Part shown: one piece after another, positions 18,234 through 28,698 of the stretch | Layout of the letters: each line of letters starts with the position of its first letter | Position numbering within the stretch: the first letter of the stretch is position 1 | Source of the DNA: an uncultured Clostridia bacterium | Lineage (GTDB): Bacteria; Acidobacteriota; Aminicenantia; UBA2199 | Direction of reading: 5' to 3' | Assembly: GCA_964457225.1 (NCBI GenBank) | Contig: CAYWEM010000012.1 | Coordinates: 15,434 to 79,433, forward strand | DNA length: 64,000 bases | The notes under the pieces: generated by a model | What the model saw: the letters and a program-made list of their open reading frames with translations, nothing else | Told to the model about the DNA's origin: nothing | Databases searched by the model: none | Translations under genes and position numbers: made by a program

Positions 18234-18926
18234 ATGAACACGCCAATTGAGACAGCGTCCCCGGCCGAACTGCAACCCCTGGTACTGAAAAACTCGATAA
18301 TCGTGGCCGGGCATCCCCGCTCCGGAACATCCCTGGCCTGCCAGTTACTGGCGTCGGCCGGGGTGGTTTTCCCCATGGACACTCCAGCCGACATCTACAA
18401 TCCCGAAGGTTACTTCGAACTCCTGGCCGCCAAGGAACTGGAAAAGTCCCTGCTGCGGGAAGCCATGACCGACGAAAACATCAGGTCCATGAACTCCGTT
18501 ATCAGGCAGCTCAACCAAACCGGCAAGCTGACCGGACTCAAGATAGTGCACATTCCAGCTCTTTTTTTCTACCGCCACCTGGCCAAGAACCTTCGTCTCG
18601 TGTTGGTCTTCCGACATCCCGCCGATGTCAGCTCATCGATGCTGAGACGGGGTATTTCCCAGTTCATGCTGAACTGGTTCGACAACAACAACGCCCTGGT
18701 AGCAGCTTATGAAAACAACCCCAAGGCGATCATAGTCAGCTACGAATCAATGCTCAGGGGCGGCCCGGCACTCGGCAAGCTGTTCATGAAAATCGGGCTG
18801 AAAATTGACGGCAGCGTGGCGCGCCGGGAACATCGCACCCAGCAGGGCAGCCGCATGATGCTTGAAGAGCGTGATAAAAAACTCTACAAGCTCCTGTTGC
18901 GACTGGAAAAGGAATGCCTGCCTTGA
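18234..18926 (+). CDS. Sulfotransferase-family protein
   Basis: PAPS-binding P-loop-like GHPRSGTS and sulfotransferase-domain layout. Extended -10 TGcTATAAT at 18205-18213 leaves a leader of 6 nt (ATG 18219) or about 20 nt (ATG 18234) with no SD, so it is probably leaderless or nearly so. Start uncertain by 5 codons. Confidence 0.55.
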   Translation: MNTPIETASPAELQPLVLKNSIIVAGHPRSGTSLACQLLASAGVVFPMDTPADIYNPEGYFELLAAKELEKSLLREAMTDENIRSMNSVIRQLNQTGKLTGLKIVHIPALFFYRHLAKNLRLVLVFRHPADVSSSMLRRGISQFMLNWFDNNNALVAAYENNPKAIIVSYESMLRGGPALGKLFMKIGLKIDGSVARREHRTQQGSRMMLEERDKKLYKLLLRLEKECLP

Positions 18927-18953
18927 AGAGAGGAAACGGAGGAATCATCGATC

Positions 18954-19223
18954 ATGTCGGAAAAAATTTTCGTTGAAGAGAAACTGGATGTCTGTGATGA
19001 AGAAGCACAGCATTTTTTCTCAAACCTGGCCTGCTTTCACGTCAATCCCGAAGAAATCTGTTTCGGACTTGGGATCCGCGATTTCAACGAAGCAAGCCGG
19101 GTGCATATCCACACCTATGTACACCTGACCATCCCCCATTTCCTGCGTTTCGCTCAACTGGTCAACAAGCAGATAGATTTTCTGGTCGAAAAGGGAGTAG
19201 TCTCCCGCGAACCGGAACAATAG
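18954..19223 (+). CDS. Small conserved hypothetical protein (89 aa), resembling the DUF3467 family
   Basis: Strong GGAGGAA RBS. Motif HVNPEEICFGLG resembles the DUF3467 core (from recall only). Follows the sulfotransferase gene after a 27-nt gap. Confidence 0.45.
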   Translation: MSEKIFVEEKLDVCDEEAQHFFSNLACFHVNPEEICFGLGIRDFNEASRVHIHTYVHLTIPHFLRFAQLVNKQIDFLVEKGVVSREPEQ

Positions 19224-19240
19224 TCTTTTACTGATATTCA

Positions 19241-19262
19241 GCCCGCCGCAATCAGGCGGGTC
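19241..19262. terminator. Bidirectional stem-loop between convergent genes (CCCGCC-gcaatca-GGCGGG)
   Basis: GC-rich 6-bp stem with 7-nt loop between the stop of the 18954 ORF (+) and the rho stop (-). Confidence 0.45.
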
Positions 19263-19285
19263 CGCAAAATGGTTTTCAGCAAAGC

Positions 19286-20554
19286 TCAGGACATACCCTG
19301 AGACATCATCTTGACAAAGTCCGCATTGGTCTTGGTCTTGGAGAGCTTGTCGTTCAGCAGTTCCATGGCTTCCACCTCGGACATCTGGGACAGGACCTTG
19401 CGCAGCACCCAGATCTTGTTGAGCTCCTCGCGCTCGATCAACAGTTCTTCCTTGCGGGTGCCGGACCTGAAGAGGTCGATGGCCGGGAAAACCCGCTTGT
19501 CAACCAGGCGCCGATCAAGGTTGATTTCCATGTTGCCGGTGCCCTTGAATTCTTCGAAGATGACTTCGTCCATTCGACTGCCGGTGTCTACCAGGGCTGT
19601 AGCCAGAATGGTCAAACTGCCGCCGCCCTCGATGTTGCGGGCCGAGCCGAAAAACTTCTTGGGTTTATTGAGGGCACTGGCGTCAATTCCGCCCGAGAGC
19701 ACCTTACCGGAAGCCGGGGTTATCGAGTTGTGGGCCCGGGCCAGGCGGGTGATCGAATCGAGCAGTATGACCACGTCCTTGCCCATTTCCACCATGCGCT
19801 TGGCCTTGTCAAGCACGATGTCGGCCACCTTGGTGTGACGCATCGGGATTTCGTCGAAAGTGGAAGCAATGACCTCACCCTTGACGTTGCGGCTCATATC
19901 GGTCACTTCTTCGGGCCTTTCGTCTATCAGCAGAACGATCAGGGAGATTTCCGGGTGATTTACCTCGATGGCCTTGGCAATCGCCTGCAGGATCATGGTC
20001 TTGCCGGTACGGGGAGCAGCCACGATCAGGCCGCGTTGTCCTTTTCCGATCGGCGTCAGCAGGTTGAGTACCCGACCGGTAAGTTCATTGGTGGCGGTTT
20101 CCAGGTTGATCTTTTCCTCCGGGTAGAGCGGCGTCAGCTTTTCAAAGCGCACGTTGCGCCTTTTTTCCATTACGAACATCGGATCTTCTGAATTCACCGC
20201 CTCGATGGTCAGCAGGGCAAAGTACTTTTCTCCTGTTTTAGGAGGTCTCACTGATCCGGAAACCGTGTCACCGGTGCGCAGATCGAACTTGTTGACCTGG
20301 GAAGGAGAAACGTAGATGTCTTCAGGGCTGGTCAGGTATGAGTATTCCTGGAACCTGAGAAAACCGTATCCTTCAGGATGCACTTCAATTACGCCCTCGG
20401 CGAAAAGTTTGCCGTTGCTGCGGGCCTGGGCGTCAAGTATCTTGAAAAAGAGAGAATTCTTGTCAGTGACGTCACTGTCTTCAACCGACAGTTCAGCGAC
20501 CACTTTCTTCAATTCGGTTACCTTCATCCCCTGTAAATCTTTCAATGAATACAT
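19286..20554 (-). CDS. rho: Transcription termination factor Rho
   Basis: 423 aa from [17 protein letters not shown] (AGGAGA RBS). Rho N-terminal domain, RNA-binding OB motif GFLRF, Walker [10 protein letters not shown]- and R-loops. Confidence 0.92.
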   Translation of the reverse strand: MYSLKDLQGMKVTELKKVVAELSVEDSDVTDKNSLFFKILDAQARSNGKLFAEGVIEVHPEGYGFLRFQEYSYLTSPEDIYVSPSQVNKFDLRTGDTVSGSVRPPKTGEKYFALLTIEAVNSEDPMFVMEKRRNVRFEKLTPLYPEEKINLETATNELTGRVLNLLTPIGKGQRGLIVAAPRTGKTMILQAIAKAIEVNHPEISLIVLLIDERPEEVTDMSRNVKGEVIASTFDEIPMRHTKVADIVLDKAKRMVEMGKDVVILLDSITRLARAHNSITPASGKVLSGGIDASALNKPKKFFGSARNIEGGGSLTILATALVDTGSRMDEVIFEEFKGTGNMEINLDRRLVDKRVFPAIDLFRSGTRKEELLIEREELNKIWVLRKVLSQMSEVEAMELLNDKLSKTKTNADFVKMMSQGMS

Positions 20555-20556
20555 GA

Positions 20557-21138
20557 TCAACTCTCCTGTAAAACGCTGTTGATTTGTTCCCAAATCATTT
20601 CCCTGTCCGGAACACGTTTACTCGAAAAGGTCAAGGAAAGCAAGTTAAATTTTTCTTTGAGTAAGGTGATCTGATGGCGCGATTTGGAAAAAGATATCTT
20701 ATCACTCTTGGTCAGGATTGTCAACAGCGGCAGTTTAAAAGGAGCGATTTGCTCCAGGAAGAGCAGATCAAGCTCACCAGGACCAAGTCGGATATCCACC
20801 AGCAGCAGCACCAGTTTTATGCCACTGCTGTTTCGAAAAAAAGCGTTCATCAAATCAGCCACCCGCCGCTTCTCGGTCTGGGAAATCCGGGCATATCCAT
20901 AACCGGGCAAGTCGACCAGGTAGAAACTGTCATTAACCAAGTAATAATTGACACTAAGGGTTTTCCCGGGTTTTCCGGAAGTACGGGCCAATTGCCGGCG
21001 CCGGCCGCAGATCGAATTGAGCAGGGTCGATTTTCCGACATTGGAACGTCCCACCAGGATAATCATGGGCTTGCCATCAAGCAGTAACTGACTCTTGTTG
21101 AAAGCCGTGGCGGCCAGGACTATTTCCCTGCGGGACAT
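20557..21138 (-). CDS. engB: Ribosome biogenesis GTP-binding protein YihA/EngB
   Basis: 193 aa. G1 [13 protein letters not shown]3 DLPGYG, G4 TKSDK. Stop 2 nt before the rho start. Confidence 0.88.
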   Translation of the reverse strand: MSRREIVLAATAFNKSQLLLDGKPMIILVGRSNVGKSTLLNSICGRRRQLARTSGKPGKTLSVNYYLVNDSFYLVDLPGYGYARISQTEKRRVADLMNAFFRNSSGIKLVLLLVDIRLGPGELDLLFLEQIAPFKLPLLTILTKSDKISFSKSRHQITLLKEKFNLLSLTFSSKRVPDREMIWEQINSVLQES

Positions 21139-21142
21139 TGAC

Positions 21143-23467
21143 CTACTGCAGGTTTGCCTCTATGAAAGGTCTGAGGATTTTGCTGCTGATGGTTTTAACC
21201 TTGATCGGTCTTTCCAGTACCAGTTCAAGTACTTCGTCGATGTGGCTGACCGGGTGCACCAGCAAATCGTTCTTGATCTCCTGCGGGATTTCCTCTATGA
21301 ATTCCTTTTCGTTGTCCGCCGGAATCAGTACGTTCTTGATGCGAAAGCGATGAGCGGCGATGATCTTTTCCTTGACGCCGCCGACGGCCAGCACCTTGCC
21401 GCGCAAGGTGATTTCTCCGGTCATGGCGAAATCACTCTTCACCGGAATACCGGTAAGCAGTGATATAAGTGAAACGGCCAGGGTGACTCCGGCGGACGGC
21501 CCTTCCTTGGGCACGGCACCTTCGGGTATATGCAGGTGTATGTTGTAATTCTTCAGTTCATCAGTGTCCAGGTCCAGCTCGGCCAATTTGACCTTGGCAT
21601 GGGAAAAGGCCGTGGCCGAGGATTCTTTCATGATCTCCCCCAGCCTGCCGGTCAGGATCAGATCACCTTTGCCCTTGACCAGGCGGGATTCTATCACCAG
21701 CACGTCTCCGCCGGCCGAGGTCCAGGCCAGCCCCAGGGCGACTCCAACTTCGTTTTCAGCATTGAGCCGGAAAGGAATGTGCTTGGCTATGCCCAGGTAA
21801 TCACGCATCAGCTTTTCATCAACCACCTGGTTATTCCTGCTTCGGCCGCCTTCAACGATACTGCGCACTGATTTCCGCACCACCACCGCGATTTCTCTTT
21901 CCAGGTTGCGAACACCGGCTTCCCGGGTATATTCGGTGATTATCTTCAGTATGACTTCATCGTTTATGGTCAGGCCGTTCCTTTTCAGACCGTTCTTTTC
22001 AGCCTGTTTCGGCAACAGGAAACGCTTGGCGATTTCGAGTTTTTCCCTTTCCGTGTAGCCCGGCAACTCGATTATTTCCATGCGGTCACGCAAGGCCGGT
22101 GGGATCGGTTCAAGAGTGTTGGCCGTGGTTATGAAAAACACCTTGCTCAGGTTAACCTCGAGATCCAGGTAGTGATCAATGAATTCAGAATTCTGTTCCG
22201 GATCAAGAACTTCCAGCAGGGCTGAAGCCGGGTCACCTCGAAAATCACAACTCAGCTTGTCTATCTCATCCAACAGAAAGACGGGGTTGAGAGTAGCCGC
22301 TTTTTTCAAGCCCTTGATGATCTGTCCCGGGTAAGATCCGATGTAGGTGCGCCGATGACCGCGGATTTCAGCCTCGTCCCTGACTCCGCCCAGGGAAACG
22401 CGGACGAACCTGCGGTTCAGGGCCCGGGCGATCGATTTGGCCAGCGAGCTCTTGCCGACTCCGGGGGGACCGACGAAGCAGAGGATTTCACCGGTCGGTT
22501 TCTTGACCATCTGGCGGACGGCCAGGTAATCCAGAATCCGGTTTTTTACTTTATGCAGGCCGTAATGATCCTCATCCAGAATTCGCGATGCCCGCCGGAC
22601 ATCGCGGCTTTCCCGGCTGGTTTTCTCCCAGGGAACTGCCAGCAGCCAATCCAGGTAATAACGGGAAACCGTACTCTCGGCGGAAAAAGGGGGCATGGCC
22701 AGCAGTCTTTCCAATTCCTCCTCTGCTCTTTTCCGCACGTAATCAGGAAGACTGGCGTTTTCTATCTTGCGACGGTATTCATCGAATTCGTTTTCTCCGG
22801 GCTCGCCCCGCTTGCTGATGGTCTCCAGCGGGCTTTCAGCGCGCAGCTTGACCACCTCGCGCTTGAGCACGTTTAAAACACGGACCCCGCGCAGGTAGAC
22901 GTCAAATTCTTCCAGCAGTGATTGTTTTACCTTGACCGGCAGGGGCATCAGGGAGACTATGATGTCGGTGATATCAGCCAGCTGGTTTGGTTTAAGCTTG
23001 GCCACGATGCCCTGAACCCTGATCTTCTTCAGCTGGATGTACTCTTCAAAAACGGCGATCAAAGCCTGGGCGGTTTCAAAGAGCTTTCCTTCCCTTGACT
23101 GTACCGTTTCCACCCTTTGCACCCGGGCCATGAACGATCCGTCTTCGAAATAAGAGGATTCCACGATCAATCCTCTTTGCAGCCCCTGGATTATGACCCG
23201 AAAACTGCCGTTTTCCTGCTCCAGGGCCTTTTCAATCTTGGCTATGGTTCCTACCTGGTAAATTTCCTCGGGCAGCGGGGTGACGCTTATCTGGTTCTTC
23301 TGGGCCACCAGGAACAACATGCCCTCATGATCTTTCATGGCCCTTTTCAGTGCCAGCACCGACTTGTCGCGGCCTATGAGAATGGGTACGATGGTTGAGG
23401 GAAAAACCACCATTTCGCGCAACGGGATTATGGGAACCAGCAGTTCCTTTTCCTCTAGGCTATCCAT
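21143..23467 (-). CDS. lon: ATP-dependent Lon protease
   Basis: 774 aa. LON N-domain, AAA+ [10 protein letters not shown]-terminal protease with catalytic Ser in PKEGPSAG. Confidence 0.93.
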   Translation of the reverse strand: MDSLEEKELLVPIIPLREMVVFPSTIVPILIGRDKSVLALKRAMKDHEGMLFLVAQKNQISVTPLPEEIYQVGTIAKIEKALEQENGSFRVIIQGLQRGLIVESSYFEDGSFMARVQRVETVQSREGKLFETAQALIAVFEEYIQLKKIRVQGIVAKLKPNQLADITDIIVSLMPLPVKVKQSLLEEFDVYLRGVRVLNVLKREVVKLRAESPLETISKRGEPGENEFDEYRRKIENASLPDYVRKRAEEELERLLAMPPFSAESTVSRYYLDWLLAVPWEKTSRESRDVRRASRILDEDHYGLHKVKNRILDYLAVRQMVKKPTGEILCFVGPPGVGKSSLAKSIARALNRRFVRVSLGGVRDEAEIRGHRRTYIGSYPGQIIKGLKKAATLNPVFLLDEIDKLSCDFRGDPASALLEVLDPEQNSEFIDHYLDLEVNLSKVFFITTANTLEPIPPALRDRMEIIELPGYTEREKLEIAKRFLLPKQAEKNGLKRNGLTINDEVILKIITEYTREAGVRNLEREIAVVVRKSVRSIVEGGRSRNNQVVDEKLMRDYLGIAKHIPFRLNAENEVGVALGLAWTSAGGDVLVIESRLVKGKGDLILTGRLGEIMKESSATAFSHAKVKLAELDLDTDELKNYNIHLHIPEGAVPKEGPSAGVTLAVSLISLLTGIPVKSDFAMTGEITLRGKVLAVGGVKEKIIAAHRFRIKNVLIPADNEKEFIEEIPQEIKNDLLVHPVSHIDEVLELVLERPIKVKTISSKILRPFIEANLQ

Positions 23468-24675
23468 TTACCTTCCTTGACAAAATCCTGGCCCAGCACG
23501 ATGCGGTCCATTTTTTTCTTGCGGGACGGGGCTTCGAACATCAGCTCCAGCATCATTTCCTCGAAAATCGCCCTCAGGCCCCGGGCCCCGACTCCGCGGG
23601 CCACGGTGAGATCGGTGATGGCGTTCAGCATTTCAGAGCTGAATTCCAGGTCTATGCCGTCCATTTTGAACAAGGCCTTGAACTGCTTGGTGATCGAATT
23701 TTTCGGTTCGGTCAAGATCCGCAGCAGGTGTTCACGGCTCAGTTCACCCAGCACTCCGGTGACCGGAAAGCGGCCGACCAGTTCGGGAATCAGTCCGTAC
23801 TTGATTAAATCTTCGGTATGGACCAGTTCGAGCAGGTCGCCCTGGTGTTCGCCTTCCACCCGGCCGGCTCCGGCGTTGAAACCGATCAGGTTTTTTTTCT
23901 GCCGTCGTTCAATGATCTTTTCAAGCCCCACAAAAGCTCCGCCGGCTATGAAAAGGATGTTGCGGGTATCGATTTTCAGAAACTCCTGGTGCGGATGCTT
24001 GCGCCCCCCCATCGGCGGCACGTTGGCCACCGTTCCTTCGACTATCTTCAGCAGGGCCTGCTGTACTCCTTCTCCCGAAACATCACGGGTGATGGAGCGG
24101 TTCTCGCTTTTACGGGAAATCTTGTCGATTTCGTCAATGTAGATGATGCCCTTCTCGGCGGCTTCCTTGTTTTCTCCCGCAGACTGGAAGAGTTTGAGCA
24201 GAATGTTCTCCACGTCTTCGCCCACGTATCCCGCTTCGGTCAGGGTGGTGGCGTCGGCCATGGCGAAGGGGACATCCAGGATCCTGGCCAGGGTTTCAGC
24301 CAGGAGGGTCTTGCCCGTCCCGGTCGGTCCAAGCAGCAGCACGTTACTCTTGCCTATTTCCACCTCACCGGGTTTCCTGGGGTGCCTGATTCTCTTGTAA
24401 TGGTTGTATACGGCCACGGCCAGCTTCTTTTTCGCCGTATCCTGGGAGATTATGTAAGCATCGAGTTCGTCCTTGATTTCCCGGGGAGTCAGCAGGCGGC
24501 TTCGTTTTTCCTTGTCCTCGGTTTTTTTCCGTTCTTCAAGCTGCTGGAAAATCAAGTTGTAAGCGGTTTTGGTGCATTCATCACAGATGCAAACACCAGG
24601 ACCGGCTATCAGTTTCTGGGAGTGGCTCTGGCTGACCCCGCAAAAACTGCATTTAAGCTCTTTCTTTTCCTTCAT
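23455..24675 (-). CDS. clpX: ATP-dependent Clp protease ATP-binding subunit ClpX
   Basis: 406 aa. C4 zinc finger CSFCGVSQ...CICDEC, Walker [12 protein letters not shown]-like loop. Confidence 0.93.
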   Translation of the reverse strand: MKEKKELKCSFCGVSQSHSQKLIAGPGVCICDECTKTAYNLIFQQLEERKKTEDKEKRSRLLTPREIKDELDAYIISQDTAKKKLAVAVYNHYKRIRHPRKPGEVEIGKSNVLLLGPTGTGKTLLAETLARILDVPFAMADATTLTEAGYVGEDVENILLKLFQSAGENKEAAEKGIIYIDEIDKISRKSENRSITRDVSGEGVQQALLKIVEGTVANVPPMGGRKHPHQEFLKIDTRNILFIAGGAFVGLEKIIERRQKKNLIGFNAGAGRVEGEHQGDLLELVHTEDLIKYGLIPELVGRFPVTGVLGELSREHLLRILTEPKNSITKQFKALFKMDGIDLEFSSEMLNAITDLTVARGVGARGLRAIFEEMMLELMFEAPSRKKKMDRIVLGQDFVKEGKWIA

Positions 24676-25298
24676 TTCTTTTTTTCCTTCTGCCTGTTTC
24701 TCTCCGTCATGATGACATCGATCAGGCCGTATTTCAGCGCCTGCTCGGCTGACATGATGTTGTCCCGGTCTATATCCCGGTTGATTTTTTCTTTTTTCTG
24801 CCCGGTATGCCTTTGCAGGATTTCGATCACGTTTTCCTTCACTCTTTTCATTTCATCGGCCTGGATGGCGATATCACTGGCCTGGCCCTCGAAACCGCCC
24901 AGGGGTTGGTGAATGACCACCTTGGAATTGGGCAGGGCGAATCTCTTTCCACTGGTGCCGGCGGCCAGCAGGATGGCCGCCATGGAAGCGGCCTGGCCGA
25001 TGCAGATTGTTACTATATCGTTGCGGATGAAACGCATGGTGTCGTAAATGGCCATGCCGGCTGTAATCAGGCCCCCGGGTGAATTGATGTACATGGAAAT
25101 GTCCTTTTCCGGGTCCTCTGCTTCCAGGAAAAGCAGTTGGGCGATGACCAGGTTGGCCACGTTATCGTCTATGGGTGACCCGATGAAGATGATGCCGTCT
25201 TTCAGCAGGCGGGAAAATATATCGTAGGCTCTTTCCTGGTTGCCGCTCTGTTCAATGACCATCGGGATCAAAGGCATTTCAGACCTCCACCACGGCAA
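24672..25298 (-). CDS. clpP: ATP-dependent Clp protease proteolytic subunit ClpP
   Basis: 208 aa. Catalytic triad context [12 protein letters not shown]. Confidence 0.93.
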   Translation of the reverse strand: MPWWRSEMPLIPMVIEQSGNQERAYDIFSRLLKDGIIFIGSPIDDNVANLVIAQLLFLEAEDPEKDISMYINSPGGLITAGMAIYDTMRFIRNDIVTICIGQAASMAAILLAAGTSGKRFALPNSKVVIHQPLGGFEGQASDIAIQADEMKRVKENVIEILQRHTGQKKEKINRDIDRDNIMSAEQALKYGLIDVIMTERNRQKEKKK

Positions 25299-26691
25299 TC
25301 TTTTCCTTGAGAAAGCCGATTATCCTGCTTTCCAGCAGGCGGTCCCGAAGTTGCTCCAGGCGCCCTTCCTGCTCCATGTACTTGCGTACTTCCGCCGGCT
25401 GCACCTGGTTGGCCGCGGCGATGACATCCAGTTCCCGGTCCAGGTCGGCCTGGGTGACTTCCAGTCCCTGGTCCCGCTGCAGGGCTTCCATGATCAGGGA
25501 AACCCGAACCGTTTTTTCGGCTGCCTGGCGCAGACCGGCCAGCATGGATCGCTTTTCTTCCTCTGAAGCATTACCCAGATGCGCCCGGTTGCGGCGCAAC
25601 AGTTCCAGGAATTCGACTTCAACCAGAGATTGCGGCACCTGCAACTCGACCTTCTCCAGCAACAGGGCTATGATGCGATCGGTGACCAGGTTCTGCCTGG
25701 CCTGTTCAAGCTGTTTCTGCCGGTTCTCGCGGACTTTCTGCCGAAATTCCGACTCGTCTTTTACCCCCAGGGCGCGGCAGAGCTCTTCGTTCCATTCGGC
25801 CTCGCGGAAGGCATAGACAGCGGTGATCTCGACCTGGTGCTCGATTTCGCGGCCGGCCCAGGGTTTTTTATGGTAATCCGCCGGGTAAGTGCGCTGGAAA
25901 ACCAGTTTGCTCCCAGGCTCCTTGCCCAGAAGTTCTTCACGCAGATTCAATATTTCATGTTCCTCACTTCCATCCAGGCGGAAATAGCCCTCCTGGCGCG
26001 GCATCATCTTTTTGTTGGCGATTATCTTGGCCTGGCTGCGGATGGCCGCCACGTCAGCTTCTCCGGCCGGGCGATCAACCACCTTTTCCGGTTTGCGATG
26101 GGCCATGAGTATAGCCTCTATTTCCTTGTCTTCATTCCATTCGGGGCCGTTCAATTCTTCCTTTTTCAGTTCAACCCTGAGTTCAGCCAGGTCAGGCAGG
26201 CTGAACTCCGGCCTCTTTTCCAGGACCACCCGGGCCAGGTAATCACCGTTTTCATTACGTTCGAAAGAGGTAATGCGCGGCCGGGAAACTATATCGATTT
26301 TCTCCTGGTCAAGCCTTTCCTTGACCGCGGCGCTGACCATTTTCCCGGTGATTTCTTCTTCCAGGGTTTGGCGGTAAACGTTCTTGACCACGCTGCCGGC
26401 CACCCGGCCCTTGCGGAAACCGGGCAGTTTGGCCTCCTGGCTGTAATTCTCGGCCAGGGCATCTATTTCCCGCTCGTATTCCAAAGCCGGAATGATGAAT
26501 TCCCAGTTCAGGACGGTATCGGCGACTTCACTTTCAGAACCGGGTCTGGCGGCTTTCTTTTTCGGTGCAGACGGGGTCACCGTTTTTTCAGGCTTGCTTT
26601 CTTTCTTGACCGGGGCCCGGCGCTTGGGCTTGGGCTTGGCTTCAATATCAGTTCCTGTCTTTTCTACATCAGGTTTATCAGGTTTTTCCAT
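25279..26691 (-). CDS. tig: Trigger factor with an unusual Lys/Pro-rich N-terminal extension of about 60 aa
   Basis: Start at ATG 26691 (MEKPDKPD...) with AGGAGA RBS. The TTG at 26721 in the ORF track is rejected. TF signature [11 protein letters not shown], PPIase and C-terminal domains. Consensus promoter TTGACA-17-TATCAT at 26720-26748. Confidence 0.85.
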   Translation of the reverse strand: MEKPDKPDVEKTGTDIEAKPKPKRRAPVKKESKPEKTVTPSAPKKKAARPGSESEVADTVLNWEFIIPALEYEREIDALAENYSQEAKLPGFRKGRVAGSVVKNVYRQTLEEEITGKMVSAAVKERLDQEKIDIVSRPRITSFERNENGDYLARVVLEKRPEFSLPDLAELRVELKKEELNGPEWNEDKEIEAILMAHRKPEKVVDRPAGEADVAAIRSQAKIIANKKMMPRQEGYFRLDGSEEHEILNLREELLGKEPGSKLVFQRTYPADYHKKPWAGREIEHQVEITAVYAFREAEWNEELCRALGVKDESEFRQKVRENRQKQLEQARQNLVTDRIIALLLEKVELQVPQSLVEVEFLELLRRNRAHLGNASEEEKRSMLAGLRQAAEKTVRVSLIMEALQRDQGLEVTQADLDRELDVIAAANQVQPAEVRKYMEQEGRLEQLRDRLLESRIIGFLKEKIAVVEV

Positions 26692-26719
26692 TGTATTCTC
26701 CTGGGCAAGGGTACCTCTC

Positions 26720-26748
26720 AATGATATTAAAAAGGGCCCTTCTTGTCA
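26720..26748 (-). promoter_or_regulatory. sigma70 promoter of the tig-clpP-clpX-lon-engB-rho gene string (TTGACA-17-TATCAT)
   Basis: Minus strand tatTTGACAagaagggccctttttaaTATCATtgagagg. Confidence 0.55.
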
Positions 26749-27075
26749 AATATTCACTGCAGGAAGTGTCGGCACAAAACGGCAATGCCTCATGGAGTAC
26801 AGTGCTTGACAATTTTGACAATTCCGAATTCCAGGCCTGCCGGTTACCCTCCCAATCCCGCTCCAAGCGGTAAATAAGAAACAAAAGGATCCTCATTTCC
26901 TTCACAAGCCTCCATCGCATTTCTCCAGCAAATCCAGAAAAGCAGAAAATCAAAACACTGTCCCACTCAGCCCTGCCGTTAAAATCAATCGAGCAGAAGA
27001 AAGCAATTAATTGGTAATTTGAAATAAGACGCCGGCCTTGATTTACCATCCCTTCCCGGGTATTATCTGGGCAAG

Positions 27076-27582
27076 ATGAATAACCTGAAATCGGTTTTTT
27101 TGTTGATCACCCTGGCCATGTTTCTCAGCAGCTGTGTGCAGCGCCGGGAAGAAGACAAGATCAGCCTGATTCTCAAGGACATTGAAAGACTGGTGGAAAG
27201 AAAGGACAGCTCCGGCCTGCTTGCCTACCTGGCTGAAGATTACCTGGATTTCGAGGACAACGACAAGCAGAAAACCGCGGAAATGATCGAAGAATACTTC
27301 AGCAGGTACCGCGGCATAGTGGTGCATCTACTGGCCAGCCGCATCAACCGGTCGACTTCCGACCGGGCCGAAGTCCAGGTTGAAGTGGCCTTGTCTTCAG
27401 GCGCGGCTGAAGCCTTGCGCCGGCTTTTCAGCCGCTACGGAGAATGCTACCGGTTTTATCTTGATTTTCAACTGCACGAAAAAAAATGGCTGATCCGGGA
27501 AGCAGCCTGGGAATACGTGCCCCGGGCCAATCTCTTTCCGGAATCCATCGAACTGCTTGACCGGATGCTGGGCGGAGACTGA
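27076..27582 (+). CDS. Lipoprotein of unknown function (NTF2/SnoaL-like fold suspected)
   Basis: Signal peptide with lipobox LSSC. Promoter TTGATT-17-TATTAT at about 27030-27058. 168 aa. Confidence 0.55.
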   Translation: MNNLKSVFLLITLAMFLSSCVQRREEDKISLILKDIERLVERKDSSGLLAYLAEDYLDFEDNDKQKTAEMIEEYFSRYRGIVVHLLASRINRSTSDRAEVQVEVALSSGAAEALRRLFSRYGECYRFYLDFQLHEKKWLIREAAWEYVPRANLFPESIELLDRMLGGD

Positions 27583-27602
27583 AGGCCGCCGCCCTTATCT
27601 TC

Positions 27603-28142
27603 TTACAGTCCCGCCTTTTCCAGGAATAAAAAAAGCAGGGAAATGCCAAGCACCAGTCCACTGATGATCCACCATTGGTTTACACCCAGCATTTCAGGCA
27701 AAGTGGTTCTTTTGAACATCCCCCTGGAGAGCATGGAGCTCCGGACCCGCGGATAGACGGCGGCATAAAGCCAACAGCCGATCAGGATGCCGGGCAGGCC
27801 GGCCAGCAGCACGTCCAGGGCGCCATGGGCCAGGGCTCCGGCCACGGTGCCGGGGCAATAACCCAGCAGAGCGAAACCTGCTCCGAATACCAGGCCGCCG
27901 ATACCGTTCTGTCCCCATGAACCGCTCTTCGGCGTAAAAGATACTCTTCCGGCTGCTTTCAGCAGGTGAATACCCACGGTTCCGACCAGCACCGCCGACA
28001 TCATTATCTTGAGCACGGTGAAATCCCGCAGCAGCAGCTGAGCCATAATTACGTCATACCTGGTCACCCCTCCCTTGTGCAGGAGAAAACCGAAAATCAT
28101 TCCGAAGAGCAGGCCCGCCGCCAGTTGTTTCCGCTTGCCCAT
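27603..28142 (-). CDS. YeeE/YedE-family sulfur-compound transporter, C-terminal half-size unit
   Basis: 179 aa. Conserved GYCPGT motif with about 4 TM helices. Confidence 0.7.
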   Translation of the reverse strand: MGKRKQLAAGLLFGMIFGFLLHKGGVTRYDVIMAQLLLRDFTVLKIMMSAVLVGTVGIHLLKAAGRVSFTPKSGSWGQNGIGGLVFGAGFALLGYCPGTVAGALAHGALDVLLAGLPGILIGCWLYAAVYPRVRSSMLSRGMFKRTTLPEMLGVNQWWIISGLVLGISLLFLFLEKAGL

Positions 28143-28151
28143 TGTTTCTCC

Positions 28152-28673
28152 TCAGGTCGGGAGCATGAAAAGCAGACCGGCTGTAACTATACCACCGGCA
28201 AAAAAAGCCAGCGCTGAAACCCAGGAAGCAACCGAGAGCTGCATGGTGCCGCTGATACCATGGCCGCTGGTACAGCCGTCGGCCCAGCGGGCGCCGAAAC
28301 CGACCAGCGCTCCGCCCAGCAGGGCGATGGCCAGGCGTAACAGCTTTCCCGGCCCGAAAACAGCCTGCCAGCTGCCAGGCAGCAGGGCTGGAGAAAAATC
28401 TCCTGATATCAGAACAGCCAGTCCAGCGCCGAGGAAAACACCGAGCACCAGCATCCACTGCCAGTCGATTTCAGGCTTATATTCCTGGAAATATGGCTTG
28501 GCCAGGACCTTGTCCCGGCCGCGCAATAAGCTTTCCAGCATACCGGAACTGCGGGCGAAGGTGGTTGAACAGCCCAGTGCTTTCTCGGAAAACAAAAGGG
28601 TCAACCAGCTGAGAATTCCAATGGCCGCGCCCACCAGGTAGGGTGACCATACGGGTTCATTGAACCAGGTCAT
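28152..28673 (-). CDS. YeeE/YedE-family sulfur-compound transporter, N-terminal half-size unit
   Basis: 173 aa. Conserved GCTSGHG motif. 9-nt gap to the partner half. Confidence 0.7.
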   Translation of the reverse strand: MTWFNEPVWSPYLVGAAIGILSWLTLLFSEKALGCSTTFARSSGMLESLLRGRDKVLAKPYFQEYKPEIDWQWMLVLGVFLGAGLAVLISGDFSPALLPGSWQAVFGPGKLLRLAIALLGGALVGFGARWADGCTSGHGISGTMQLSVASWVSALAFFAGGIVTAGLLFMLPT

Positions 28674-28698
28674 ATCGCCTCCATCAGCTGACTTCTCT

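Noticed and set aside
25579-26724. 381-aa plus-strand ORF antisense to trigger factor
   Set aside because: Trigger factor on the minus strand has unmistakable motifs. The antisense ORF is a GC-skew artefact.
26678-27049. 123-aa minus-strand ORF spanning the tig/lipoprotein intergenic region
   Set aside because: It overlaps the tig promoter and start. The region is AT-rich and regulatory, with no RBS.
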